This document shows, in pieces, positions 27,345 to 37,104 of a DNA stretch of 64,000 nt. Position 1 is the first letter of the stretch, and every line of letters begins with the position of its first letter. This stretch comes from a virus (taxonomy: Duplodnaviria > Caudoviricetes): the IMG/VR virus record IMGVR_UViG_3300036770_008730. One strand, given 5' to 3'. The position numbers and the translations under genes are program-made. The notes beneath the pieces are model-generated. The model saw only the letters and a list, made by a program, of their open reading frames with translations. It searched no databases and had not been told where the DNA came from.

Positions 27345-29024
27345 TTGACCAACAGTAAGAAGCTTGTAGTTAGCTATGTTGATAAAACAGGAGATATAAA
27401 GCTTAAATATTATAATTGGGATAACCCAATGAAGTATGTTGCCTGTGAAGATACTGATACACAAAAGCATCCTAAGTTTAAATCTTGGGATGGGAAATCA
27501 GTAAAACAAATTGAAGTTAATCAGCCTGATAGATATGCTATCTATGAATTCTTAGATCATTTACCAGAATCTGAAAAACAAGAAATATTTGAATTCAATT
27601 TACCTAAAATCTATTTTATAGATATTGAGACTGAAATTCTTGATGGGTTTCCAGAGGCAGCTGATATAAAAGATCCAGCTGGAAATGTTATTAAAGAAGG
27701 AGCGGCTACAAGAGTTCTTTCCATTTCTATAGTTTATGAGGATAAGATTATATTGTTGGGTCTAAAGGACCTTTCACAGGATGCTCAAGATAGAATTATC
27801 AAAAACTCAAATAAGTATTTTGAAAAGTTCTCAGCTGATTACAAGTTCAAATATATGAAGTATGATGATGAGTTTGATATGCTTCATGCTTTCTTCTATA
27901 AGATGGTTCCTAAAATGGCACTACTTACTGGTTGGAACTTCCTTAATTATGACTGGTTATATTTAGTAAATCGTTCTAGAAAGTTATCAAAGTTTATCAA
28001 TGGTAAGGAATATAAAATCGATCCAGCTGTTTCATCTCTTACAAAAAGAATGAACAAGATTTGGTCAACTGAGTTTGAGGTTCCGGCTCATAGAATGATT
28101 TTTGATTATATGCAACTTTATGAAGTGTGTGATACTTCTATCAAAGTTAAAGAGTCGTCATCTTTAGATTTTGTTTCTAATAAGTTAGTTGGTATAGAAA
28201 AGATTAAGTATGTTAATTCTATTTTTAAGTTAAATCAAGATTCCACTATTGGTGGTTATGACTTCAAAGAAGGAGATATATGTCGTTCAGACAAACAGGG
28301 ATATTATATGTATATAGGAACCGATAGAATTGATTTTACCAAAGAACAATTTAGTAAGTATAAATCTTTATTCAAAGAAGTAAATGTTTCTAATTTACAG
28401 AAATTGTATGAAGAAGACTTTGAGATTTATATGTATTATAACGCTGTCGATTCAGTGTTAGTTCAAAAAATTCATGATGCTAGAAATTATATTTCAATCA
28501 TATATGCGATTTCATCACTTGCTCAAATTAGAATAGTGGATGTTGTTTCTCAAATGAATAATGCTCTTGGTTCTTTGGCAATCACAGAAGGAGTTTTAAG
28601 AAACAGATTTCGTAAAATGGATAACATTGTTCTTTTTAGAGATGAAAAAGGAGATGCTGAGTCAACTATTGCAGGTGGTTGGGTAAAGGATCCAGTTGTT
28701 GGAATGAATCAATGGTGTGTTTGTTACGATTTTGCCTCACTTTATCCTACAACGCAAAGGCAATTCTTTATCGCTCCTGAGACATTTGTTGGATTAGAAG
28801 ATGAAAATAAGAGAGGTTATTGTACAAATGGTAGAAAGATAGACTTAGAAAAGCATGTTCTTTGTGTTAATGGTGTTGTATTTGAGAAGAGAAAATCTCC
28901 TACTTTAATTATGCTTGAAGATGTTTACGCTGATAGAAAGAAGAATAAGAATATAATGATGGATAAAAAAGAAGAACTTAAAAAAGTTCTTGATGAGATA
29001 AAGCAACTCGAATCTGATTTATAA
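27345..29024 (+). CDS. Family-B DNA polymerase, N-terminal subunit of a split enzyme (exonuclease plus motif A)
   Basis: FIDIETE (ExoI), TGWNFLNYDW (ExoII), YNAVDS (ExoIII), GGWVKDP, YDFASLYP; ends before KxxxNSxYG and YGDTDS. Start uncertain: frame is open from 27303. Confidence 0.9.
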   Translation: MTNSKKLVVSYVDKTGDIKLKYYNWDNPMKYVACEDTDTQKHPKFKSWDGKSVKQIEVNQPDRYAIYEFLDHLPESEKQEIFEFNLPKIYFIDIETEILDGFPEAADIKDPAGNVIKEGAATRVLSISIVYEDKIILLGLKDLSQDAQDRIIKNSNKYFEKFSADYKFKYMKYDDEFDMLHAFFYKMVPKMALLTGWNFLNYDWLYLVNRSRKLSKFINGKEYKIDPAVSSLTKRMNKIWSTEFEVPAHRMIFDYMQLYEVCDTSIKVKESSSLDFVSNKLVGIEKIKYVNSIFKLNQDSTIGGYDFKEGDICRSDKQGYYMYIGTDRIDFTKEQFSKYKSLFKEVNVSNLQKLYEEDFEIYMYYNAVDSVLVQKIHDARNYISIIYAISSLAQIRIVDVVSQMNNALGSLAITEGVLRNRFRKMDNIVLFRDEKGDAESTIAGGWVKDPVVGMNQWCVCYDFASLYPTTQRQFFIAPETFVGLEDENKRGYCTNGRKIDLEKHVLCVNGVVFEKRKSPTLIMLEDVYADRKKNKNIMMDKKEELKKVLDEIKQLESDL

Positions 29025-29061
29025 TTCCTTAAAAATATATAAAAAAAAGACTTTAAATACT

Positions 29062-29070
29062 TAATATATA
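29062..29070 (+). promoter_or_regulatory. Putative late promoter TAATATATA
   Basis: 25 nt upstream of the leader-bearing gene at 29096. Confidence 0.5.
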
Positions 29071-29095
29071 TGGTAGGAAAAAATAAATCTATTTT

Positions 29096-30781
29096 ATGCA
29101 AATTAAAAATTTTTCAAATCATTCTAATGAGTATGTTAAGTTGTATGAATCTAAACTATCTCAATGTGAGTTTTTATCAGAACAAAAGATTACTGCGAAT
29201 GACATCATAAATCCTCTTGAAGACCTAATCACTGAAGAGTTCATCAAAAAAATGATTGACAGAATTGGTGACAGTAAGTTTGGTCAAACTGTAAAGAATG
29301 TTGCGTCTACAGTAAAGACTGCAGTAAGTAATTTTTTCAATGGTGTTGTTAATTTCTTTAAAAACTTCTCATTCAAAAAATTGATAGGGGGTATCGTAAA
29401 CAAAATCAAAGAAATAGGATCTAAGGCTTGGCAAAAAGTAAAAGACGCTTTGTCATCTATGAGAGAATTTATTCTTCAAAATAATATGGTCGATCCTGAA
29501 ACAGGAAAGCCAATTTTGAAAAACATATGGTCTGTTCTTTGTACAAAGGCTAAAAGTGTTATCAACATGAAGGACTCTGGTCTTTCTGATGCTGATTTAC
29601 AGAAAGCTGGTGGTCAGATACAATTAAACGAAGCAGCTGATAAATATGATATTGGTGATGATGAGGTGAAGTACTATGGTGTATTTGAAAAAATTTCACA
29701 TGCTTTGGGTATCAAAAATGCGAGATTCAACGGTGTTGTTTCTCAGATTATGAAAAAAGGTACAATTGGTTTAATAATTATTGGTTTGATGAAGGTTGCG
29801 GGTTTAAGTCTTGGAGCCTTAGCAATAGCTAATCCAATAGCTATGGCTGTGATTGGTGGTATGTTATTGATGGCTGGTTTAATAATTTTAGCAATTTGGA
29901 TTTGCAAACCTTATCCTACGGTTGACGATTGTTTAGCTTATTTACATATGTTTTTTGGTAATAATCTTAAAAGCACTGGTATTACTGTTATTTTCAGTCA
30001 GACAAATTATAATATCAATATTGGAATTTCTGGTGGTAAAGAGGAAGATGTTACTACTGAAAAAGATGAAGAACCTATAAAAGATGATGGTGGTGAGGAC
30101 AAAAAAGAGCCTCTTCCTGAAAAATCACTTTACCCATTAATGATTAAAAATCTTAAAGCACTTCAAAGTATGTTAATTTCTTTTGATGGTGTTTCATTAG
30201 AAGGTGATGAACTTGCTAAAGGTAGTCGAGTTAAACAGAAAGAAAAACAAAAGGAAAAAGAAAAGGAAAAGGTAAGAGAAAGTCTAAGAGTTTTATCTTT
30301 TAGTGAATTAATTTTAGAAAAAGAATTTACTAAACAACCAAGAAATGTAAAGATTACAAAAGGTGAAGATTATCTTACCCAAGCTTTCAAAAATATTACT
30401 AAGTCAATTCAGAATATTAAGAATGAAAGTGATAAAGGTATATCTATTACTGATAAGTTTGTTGGTGATATTCTTTCTAAGAAAATGGAAGCTAAAGATG
30501 TTATTAAATCACTTTATGATGATATTTATGAACATTTGTATGGTAAATATGCTTCTACGATGCCTGACTTCGGAGCACTTTATAAAGAAAGTGTAGATGT
30601 TATATCTAAAACGGCTCAAAGAAAAATTGTAGCTGAGAAGATTGCAAGATTAGCTAAGAGAACGATGCAGTTTGAAGGTGAAGGTTTCTATAGTGGTTTA
30701 GGTGAGTTTGGTGCGGATATGGAAGAATTCAACACTACTTTAAAACAAATTATGGATTCTTTGAAAGCAGAAAATAAATAA
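29096..30781 (+). CDS. Putative head-internal protein with hydrophobic hairpin
   Basis: MQIKNFSNHSNE..KLYE leader; long Gly/Ala/Ile hydrophobic stretch (about aa 222-270); internal LRVLSFSELILE. Confidence 0.5.
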   Translation: MQIKNFSNHSNEYVKLYESKLSQCEFLSEQKITANDIINPLEDLITEEFIKKMIDRIGDSKFGQTVKNVASTVKTAVSNFFNGVVNFFKNFSFKKLIGGIVNKIKEIGSKAWQKVKDALSSMREFILQNNMVDPETGKPILKNIWSVLCTKAKSVINMKDSGLSDADLQKAGGQIQLNEAADKYDIGDDEVKYYGVFEKISHALGIKNARFNGVVSQIMKKGTIGLIIIGLMKVAGLSLGALAIANPIAMAVIGGMLLMAGLIILAIWICKPYPTVDDCLAYLHMFFGNNLKSTGITVIFSQTNYNINIGISGGKEEDVTTEKDEEPIKDDGGEDKKEPLPEKSLYPLMIKNLKALQSMLISFDGVSLEGDELAKGSRVKQKEKQKEKEKEKVRESLRVLSFSELILEKEFTKQPRNVKITKGEDYLTQAFKNITKSIQNIKNESDKGISITDKFVGDILSKKMEAKDVIKSLYDDIYEHLYGKYASTMPDFGALYKESVDVISKTAQRKIVAEKIARLAKRTMQFEGEGFYSGLGEFGADMEEFNTTLKQIMDSLKAENK

Positions 30782-30798
30782 AAAATTAAACTATTCAT

Positions 30799-31419
30799 AT
30801 GAATAACAAAATCAGAAAATTTGACCAATATAATGAAGGACTAGCTGATAGAATCAGAGCAGCTGGAGCAAAAACCAGAAGAATAGTTACTGGTGAGTCT
30901 GCTGGTGAAGAAATTCAGAAATTGAGCCAAGAACAACAAGAAAAAATTGAAAAATTATACTGGGAAAATCCCACCGAGGCTGCGAAATACCTTAGAAGTA
31001 TTATCGTAAAAGAAAAGAACTCTCAATTTGGATTGGGATTAGCTCTTACAATTGCGGGTGCTGGTATGGTCTATAAGGCTTCTAACTTCGAGCCACCAGA
31101 TCCAGATATTCCACCAGAACCTCCGACACCAAATGTTGAAGATTATGTAGTTCAAAAAGGTGACTCTTGGTGGAGAATCGCTCAGGAACATCTACCAGCA
31201 GGTTCTTCAAATAAAGAAATATTAGCATATGCTAAACAATTGGCAGCTGACAATGGTGCTGAAAATCTATATAGTGGTAAGTTTGGTAGCCCTGGTCTTA
31301 AACCTGATACTTGGACAAACATGTCTTCTGGTGATTCAGTTCCAAAATCAGTTATTTCAGCAGCTGATAAATTGACTACAGGTGAAGAAATTATGATAAC
31401 ACCATTCAAAGGAGTATAA
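30799..31419 (+). CDS. LysM-domain protein with capsid-targeting-like leader and TM helix
   Basis: MNNKIRKFDQYNE; GLGLALTIAGAGMVY; Pro-rich linker; YVVQKGDSWWRIA. Confidence 0.75.
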   Translation: MNNKIRKFDQYNEGLADRIRAAGAKTRRIVTGESAGEEIQKLSQEQQEKIEKLYWENPTEAAKYLRSIIVKEKNSQFGLGLALTIAGAGMVYKASNFEPPDPDIPPEPPTPNVEDYVVQKGDSWWRIAQEHLPAGSSNKEILAYAKQLAADNGAENLYSGKFGSPGLKPDTWTNMSSGDSVPKSVISAADKLTTGEEIMITPFKGV

Positions 31420-31443
31420 TCTTAGAATTAAAAATAAATTTTG

Positions 31444-31472
31444 AAAATCCTCTAGAAATAGAGGATTTTTTT
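31444..31472 (+). terminator. Intrinsic terminator
   Basis: aaaatcctcta-gaaa-tagaggatttt followed by a T run. Confidence 0.85.
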
Positions 31473-31500
31473 GTATATTTACATATTAAATCATAATAAT

Positions 31501-32073
31501 ATGAAAAACCTATTTTTCCTCACACTCATTATTCTTTTAGGTATTTATGTTTTCAAAGATAATACTCAACCACTTTTTGATATTGAGAACAATTCAACTT
31601 TAAATAATTCTAACAAAAGAACAGTTTATCTTTCAGGTTTCAATTCTTTTGATCAAGAATATGTAAAAGGAGCAAAAAAAATTATTGAAGATAATTTTAA
31701 TTTTAATTGTGTTATAAAAAAATCCGTTATTATAGGATACTCTGAGGATAATTTTGATTGTGATTTAGCTCAAACTAAACTTGGTTATAGTCCCTATAAA
31801 CATTGTGACCTTGATGAATCTGTTACTGTATTCATTACAAATGAAAATATACATTCTTTTGGGAAAAAAGTTCGAGGAGTTTGTTATGGAAATCAAATTT
31901 ATGTCGAGCAGTATCATGGTTTCAAAGAGACTATTGTTCATGAATTATGTCATAGCATTGGTATGAGTCATTGTGAAAACGAATGTATAATGAACTCTAA
32001 TTCTAAATGTCGTTGGAATAAGAAATTAAATAAACCAATTTATTGTAAATCTTGTAAATCTAAGTTACCTTAA
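31501..32073 (+). CDS. Secreted/membrane Zn metallopeptidase (archaemetzincin/metzincin-like)
   Basis: Signal/TM MKNLFFLTLIILLG; HELCHSIGMSHC..CIM (HExxHxxGxxH plus Met-turn); C-terminal CxxC. Confidence 0.8.
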   Translation: MKNLFFLTLIILLGIYVFKDNTQPLFDIENNSTLNNSNKRTVYLSGFNSFDQEYVKGAKKIIEDNFNFNCVIKKSVIIGYSEDNFDCDLAQTKLGYSPYKHCDLDESVTVFITNENIHSFGKKVRGVCYGNQIYVEQYHGFKETIVHELCHSIGMSHCENECIMNSNSKCRWNKKLNKPIYCKSCKSKLP

Positions 32074-32719
32074 TTGATTTGAAATCTAAAGTTGGTAAAA
32101 CTTCTTTTATTACCTTAGTTGCTTTTTTGATATATTTTGCTTTATCATCATAAAAGATTGCTTTCTGAAATCCTGTTTCTTTTATAATCTCAACTATCTT
32201 TTCTCCTTTCCAGTGTCCTGCATTTTTTCTACCAACTGGCATCATATGTAGTCCATATTTAGGTAATTCTAATCCTAATGTTTTTAAAGTCTGAGATACT
32301 TTATCTCTCATAGTTTCAACTCTTGCTGTCACAATACACTTCTCTTCTACTGATTTGTATAATTTTACCATTTCGTCTTTAACTGTTGTTGGTAAGCTAA
32401 TATTTGACAAATAAAACTCATTTGGACTTACCATATAGATTCTCTTACCTTTTCTAACCCAATAATCTTGTATCTCTGGTATAGACATTTCTGGATCTTC
32501 GATAAAGATTCTTCCATTTTCCCATTTCAATTCTTGCTGACTTCTCTTAATTTTTTTCAATGATAGGTCTATGATTTCACCTACGGTGAGATCCTCCTTT
32601 AAATATTCGATTGCTAATTCTTCAAAATCCGGACTTTCAACTAAAGTATCATCAAAGTCAAAAATATAGAGAGTGTCTTTATTCTCTACAAATTCAAAAT
32701 ATTTTTTAATCTTTGTCAT
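32060..32719 (-). CDS. HAD-superfamily phosphatase with capsid-targeting-like leader
   Basis: MTKIKKYFEFVE; FDFDDTL (motif I), VTAR (II), K (III), FYDD (IV). Confidence 0.8.
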   Translation of the reverse strand: MTKIKKYFEFVENKDTLYIFDFDDTLVESPDFEELAIEYLKEDLTVGEIIDLSLKKIKRSQQELKWENGRIFIEDPEMSIPEIQDYWVRKGKRIYMVSPNEFYLSNISLPTTVKDEMVKLYKSVEEKCIVTARVETMRDKVSQTLKTLGLELPKYGLHMMPVGRKNAGHWKGEKIVEIIKETGFQKAIFYDDKAKYIKKATKVIKEVLPTLDFKSIKVT

Positions 32720-32888
32720 TGAAAAACTCGTCTATAAGACCACTATAATTTGTTCCAAAGTGTTCTATACACTTATTATATATTTCTTCTTCAAGTTCGA
32801 TTCCTTCTTGAATTAGTCTTTTTACAAAATTTTCAATATCTTCAACTGAGTTGTAGATGTTGAATTCGTCATAGTCGTGAATTAGCAT
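32706..32888 (-). CDS. Small hypothetical protein
   Basis: Probable start MLIHDYDEF at 32888, downstream of AAATATATAA. Confidence 0.55.
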   Translation of the reverse strand: MLIHDYDEFNIYNSVEDIENFVKRLIQEGIELEEEIYNKCIEHFGTNYSGLIDEFFNDKD

Positions 32889-32950
32889 GGTGGTTGGATT
32901 ATTTTTATAACTTATATATTTATAAAAAACCAACAAAAAACCTATTTTTC

Positions 32951-32977
32951 AAACTAAAACAGAAAAAAAAATATAAA
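32951..32977 (+). promoter_or_regulatory. Putative 'middle' promoter AAACTA-N15-TATAAA
   Basis: Upstream of the DinG-like helicase. Confidence 0.55.
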
Positions 32978-33000
32978 TTTTAGAAAAAAAATTATAATTG

Positions 33001-34668
33001 ATGTCATTAAAAAAAGATTTAGCTAAATACAAGCCTAGAAAAGAACAAAAAGAGGCTCTTAATTTCATTGAAACTGAATATCAGAAAAATAAACTTAACA
33101 AGTTTTTTTTACTTAATTTACCCGTTGGAGTTGGTAAGTCACACTTAGCACTTATGATTGCTGATTGGTATCGTAGGAATATAAATAAAACCGCTAAGGT
33201 TGATATTATTACTAACAGTAAGATATTGCAAGACCAATACTCAAATACTTATCAATCTGTCTGTGATTTAAAGGGTAAGGAAAACTACGAATGTGATTCT
33301 TATTCTACTTCCTGTGCTCAGGGAGCTGAGTTTAATAGACTTAACAAAACAAGTTGTGAGAATTGTCCTTATACTTATGCTAAAGATTCTTTTATTGCTG
33401 GTGATATTTCATTAACTAATTTTTATCTTTTTATACTTTATGCTATCTATAATCCTAAATTGATGGAGAATAGAGATTCTAGAGTTTTGATAGTTGATGA
33501 AAGCCATGAGTTTGATGATGTGATGTCTGATTTTATCACTATAAGAATTACTGAAGGTGTTGTAAAAAAATTCAAATTTTCAAATGAATCTGATATACTT
33601 AAAAGATTAAAAGCTGTAACTACCATAAGTCAATATATCGACTTTTTGAGATACTTGAATACTGAGATTGCTGATACTATAGAAGATATGGAAAAAGGCA
33701 TGGGTAGTCAATCAAGAAGTGTTAGACAGGATAAAAGAGACTTGAAGATTTCTAAATTACTGAAAAGTAAAAATTCCGATGTTAAGATTATGCAATTAGC
33801 ATCTGATCTTCGCCAGTATCAATTAAAAATAGAAATCTTCTTAAAAGAATATAAAGAGAATCCTAATAATTGGGTATTGGAGTCTGGTTATAATGAGAGA
33901 ATGAAACAAAAAGAACTATCATTAGAGCCAATATGGGCTTATGATTATTTAGATAAGTATGTTTTTAGTAAGTACGATATGGTTTTTCTAATGTCTGGAA
34001 CCATCCTAGATAAAAGTTTATTTTGTCAACTTAATGGACTTGATGTCACTAAGGCGGTTTATTATTCAATTGGTTCTCCATTTCCTCTTAAAAATAGGAT
34101 GATATACTATATGCCTTTGGGCAAGATGTCTTATAAAAGTAAAGAAGATACATTTCAAAGATATATCCCTTATATCAAAAAACTATTGGATAAATATAAA
34201 AACAAAAAAGGTATCATACATACCAACTCTTTTGAATTGGCTAGATGGATTGAAGAAAAAATTAAAGATCCAAGGTTAATTTTTCATGATTCTTCAAATA
34301 AAGATGAGATGTTGAAGATGCATAAGGAATCCGAAGAAGCTACAGTAATAGTTAGTCCTTCTATGGATACTGGCGTTTCGTTTGATAATGATGATGCTAG
34401 ATTTCAAATTATTGCAAAAGTTCCTTATCCTAGTTTAGCATCACAGAAAAACAAATTAAGACAATCTAATAATCCTGAATGGTATTCTTGGAAAACAGTT
34501 TCTGGATTGATACAAATGACTGGTAGACCTGTTAGATCTCATTTAGACTATGCTGATACTATTATCTTAGATGGTTCTTTTGGAGATGTGATGAAGCATT
34601 CTTCAAAGTTTTTACCTGATTGGTTACAGGAGGCAATAAAAAGAATTAATGTAAAAATAGAAGCATAA
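33001..34668 (+). CDS. DinG/XPD-family SF2 helicase
   Basis: Q-motif PRKEQ, LPVGVGKS, LQDQY, four Cys for a putative Fe-S cluster, VDESH, MSGT, SPSMDTGVSF, QMTGRPVRS. Confidence 0.9.
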   Translation: MSLKKDLAKYKPRKEQKEALNFIETEYQKNKLNKFFLLNLPVGVGKSHLALMIADWYRRNINKTAKVDIITNSKILQDQYSNTYQSVCDLKGKENYECDSYSTSCAQGAEFNRLNKTSCENCPYTYAKDSFIAGDISLTNFYLFILYAIYNPKLMENRDSRVLIVDESHEFDDVMSDFITIRITEGVVKKFKFSNESDILKRLKAVTTISQYIDFLRYLNTEIADTIEDMEKGMGSQSRSVRQDKRDLKISKLLKSKNSDVKIMQLASDLRQYQLKIEIFLKEYKENPNNWVLESGYNERMKQKELSLEPIWAYDYLDKYVFSKYDMVFLMSGTILDKSLFCQLNGLDVTKAVYYSIGSPFPLKNRMIYYMPLGKMSYKSKEDTFQRYIPYIKKLLDKYKNKKGIIHTNSFELARWIEEKIKDPRLIFHDSSNKDEMLKMHKESEEATVIVSPSMDTGVSFDNDDARFQIIAKVPYPSLASQKNKLRQSNNPEWYSWKTVSGLIQMTGRPVRSHLDYADTIILDGSFGDVMKHSSKFLPDWLQEAIKRINVKIEA

Positions 34669-34670
34669 AA

Positions 34671-34693
34671 AAATCCACCTTAAAGGTGGATTT
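34671..34693. terminator. Bidirectional intrinsic terminator
   Basis: aaatccacct-taa-aggtggattt between convergent genes, flanked by A/T runs. Confidence 0.85.
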
Positions 34694-34698
34694 ATTTT

Positions 34699-35538
34699 TT
34701 AGTTTAGACTGGGTTTTGCTACATTTCCAGTATTTATTTTAGATTTTATAAAGTCTAAGTATTTAATAACATTTTCTGGTTTTTTAACTTTTTGACCTTT
34801 TACTAAATTACTTAGTCTATCGACTGCATCATAAGCTGTTGTTCTTTTTAAAGTTTTCAAATCAGTTTCTACATCTTTAGTTTCGTCAAAGTTTAATTCC
34901 GATTTGGCTTGATTCATTAGTCTTGTTCTTGTTCCTTCTCCAGGAGAATCATTTTTACCAAGTTTTTTTTGTTGAACTTTCCAAGCTGTAACTAATTCTT
35001 TGTATCTTTTTTCTACTTCGGGATTGGTTTTTTGTTGATTTTTTGATACTTCGGACTGTGCTTGTTTCATTAATCTAGCTCTCGTACCTTGTCCAGGAGA
35101 TTCGTTCTTTCCAAGTTTTTTTTGTTCAGCTTTCCATTTTGATACTAACTCTTTATACTTTGCATCTACATCTGAATTTAGTTTAGAATTTCCATCAACC
35201 CCGGGGGTTTCTTGTTTTGAATTTTCAGATTCTGCTTGTGAATTTACCTCTTCTGGCTTAACATCCTCTGGCTTAACATCCTCTGGCTTAGACTCAGATG
35301 GTTTGTTATTCTGATCTTTTTTAGGATCTTTCCATCCTTTGACCTCTCCTTTTTTACCTACAAACATTTTTCCAATGGGTTTTCCAGTTTCATCAACCTC
35401 TTGAAATTTCAATACTTGAGGATTTTGAGGAATACTTCCCACAACTTTAACTTTTTTACCATTAATTAACCAGAACTTACCTTTTTCAAAAAAGTTTACC
35501 GCCTCATTGAACATTTCGTATTTATTCAGATACTTCAT
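34699..35538 (-). CDS. Putative head-internal protein with internal repeats
   Basis: MKYLNKYEMFNE leader at 35538; KPEDV x3; two ~37-aa KYKELV..W..QKKLGKN.SPG.GTR.RLM units. Confidence 0.6.
   Translation of the reverse strand: MKYLNKYEMFNEAVNFFEKGKFWLINGKKVKVVGSIPQNPQVLKFQEVDETGKPIGKMFVGKKGEVKGWKDPKKDQNNKPSESKPEDVKPEDVKPEEVNSQAESENSKQETPGVDGNSKLNSDVDAKYKELVSKWKAEQKKLGKNESPGQGTRARLMKQAQSEVSKNQQKTNPEVEKRYKELVTAWKVQQKKLGKNDSPGEGTRTRLMNQAKSELNFDETKDVETDLKTLKRTTAYDAVDRLSNLVKGQKVKKPENVIKYLDFIKSKINTGNVAKPSLN
35252..35290. repeat. 15-bp tandem repeat (x2.6) encoding KPEDV
   Basis: tctggcttaacatcc repeated. Confidence 0.9.
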
Positions 35539-35542
35539 AATG

Positions 35543-36055
35543 TTATTTTTTCTTTTTTGCTTCAATAGCTTTTAATAAAGCTGGTGGTAATTTTTTCTTC
35601 TGTTTATCTGAGGCCTTAGAATCTTTTTCATCTTTTTTACCACCTTTTTTCTTATTCTCTATTGCAGCTGCAATAAAGTCACCTTTTGTGATTTTATTTT
35701 CTGGTGGATATTTTTTTGCTAATTCCTTTTCTTTTTCATTTTTTGGATTTTTTCCTTCTGATTTTTTCTCAAGAAAAGAATTGAATTTTTCAACATATAC
35801 CGGATTTCCCATACTTGGTGTTGAAGGATCATTTTCTGAACCAATTACTTCATCTCCCCAAAAACGGTCTTCTTCCTCCTCATATCCTTCTTCATCTTCA
35901 CCGGTTCCACAAGGTTTACATTCTTCTTCCTTTTCCTCTTCTGGTGTGTTTGGTCTAGTTAAATTTGGAAATCCATTAGGATTTGTTTCTTCTTCACTAA
36001 ATCTACCATAGTCTGGTTGATTGAGGAAATTTTCGAATGCTTTTATGTGTCTCAT
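35543..36055 (-). CDS. Putative head-internal / scaffold-like acidic-basic protein
   Basis: MRHIKAFENFLN leader, acidic middle, Lys-rich tail. Confidence 0.6.
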   Translation of the reverse strand: MRHIKAFENFLNQPDYGRFSEEETNPNGFPNLTRPNTPEEEKEEECKPCGTGEDEEGYEEEEDRFWGDEVIGSENDPSTPSMGNPVYVEKFNSFLEKKSEGKNPKNEKEKELAKKYPPENKITKGDFIAAAIENKKKGGKKDEKDSKASDKQKKKLPPALLKAIEAKKKK

Positions 36056-36129
36056 GTTTAAGTGATAATTTTTATAAAGTATATATTATTTTTTTATTTT
36101 CATTTTTCCTATTTTAATATATAAGACAA

Positions 36130-37104
36130 ATGAGATTATTAAGATTTTTAGATTTTATTCTGGAAGCCGCATCTGATAAGTTACTTCCTTTCAGAGCTAG
36201 TAGTGATTTCGAAAAGAAAATAGATGAGATAGACTCTGCAATAGCTACTAAGTTTAGTCAGTATATTAGGTCTAGATACCCAAGTAAGTATACTCTAATA
36301 ACCATTTCAGATGAGGGAAATATTCAATACTCGGACTCTTATAGAGTAGATGAGTTTAAACAAAAAGAACTTGGTGAAGGATATCCTACTGATAGGTGGT
36401 TGAATTATTTCCCACCAAATCCATCAGATGAGATATTTTCTTATCGTAGGATTGAAATAGGTGTTGGTAAATTTATTAATAAAATATTCCCGGGTGATTT
36501 TAGCGCATCTGAAATAGAAAATTTTGTGAATCAATGGAGATCTTTAAGTGAAGTTCGCCCCAATTTTGAATTATGGTCTGGATATGAAATAAGAAGAGGT
36601 TATAGGTCCACTAACTATCATTATACAGATACTAATATGAATACTCTTATGAACTCATGTATGAATGATCAATTAGATTGTATAGAGATGTATGAGTATT
36701 GTCCTGAGTTAAGACTTTTGGTTTTATTGGATGATAATAATCACATACTTGGTAGGGCCCTAATTTGGAAAGACCATCAAGGTAGGTATATAATGGATAG
36801 AGTTTATTATGTTTATGATAGTGATTATCATAAATTCTTAAAATACGCTAAAGAGAATGGTTGGTGGTATAAAAAAAGAAATATAAGCGGTGGTTCATCT
36901 TTTATCAAAGATGATAAAGAAATGAGTCTCGATACAAAAGTGAGAGTTCCTGATGTATTTGATGCTGAATATAGAGGTGATAAATTTCCATATATGGATA
37001 CTTTTTTCTATGCTCAGGGAGAATGGGCATATAATAATCCACCGGATGAGGGTAGATATTTAAAATTGACCGATACCGAAGGTGGATTTGAAATATTCGA
37101 TTAG
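36130..37104 (+). CDS. Conserved phage hypothetical protein with capsid-targeting-like leader
   Basis: MRLLRFLDFILE; motifs NSCM, GRALIW, MDRVY, PYMDT. Confidence 0.6.
   Translation: MRLLRFLDFILEAASDKLLPFRASSDFEKKIDEIDSAIATKFSQYIRSRYPSKYTLITISDEGNIQYSDSYRVDEFKQKELGEGYPTDRWLNYFPPNPSDEIFSYRRIEIGVGKFINKIFPGDFSASEIENFVNQWRSLSEVRPNFELWSGYEIRRGYRSTNYHYTDTNMNTLMNSCMNDQLDCIEMYEYCPELRLLVLLDDNNHILGRALIWKDHQGRYIMDRVYYVYDSDYHKFLKYAKENGWWYKKRNISGGSSFIKDDKEMSLDTKVRVPDVFDAEYRGDKFPYMDTFFYAQGEWAYNNPPDEGRYLKLTDTEGGFEIFD

Noticed and set aside
27345-29095. PolB as a frameshifted pseudogene
   Set aside because: Clean stop after a coiled-coil, no continuation of polymerase motifs in other frames downstream, and an intact promoter; a split enzyme is the simpler reading.
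32795-32804. GTTCGATTCC resembling a tRNA T-loop
   Set aside because: No T-stem or cloverleaf pairing, and it lies inside a minus-strand coding region.
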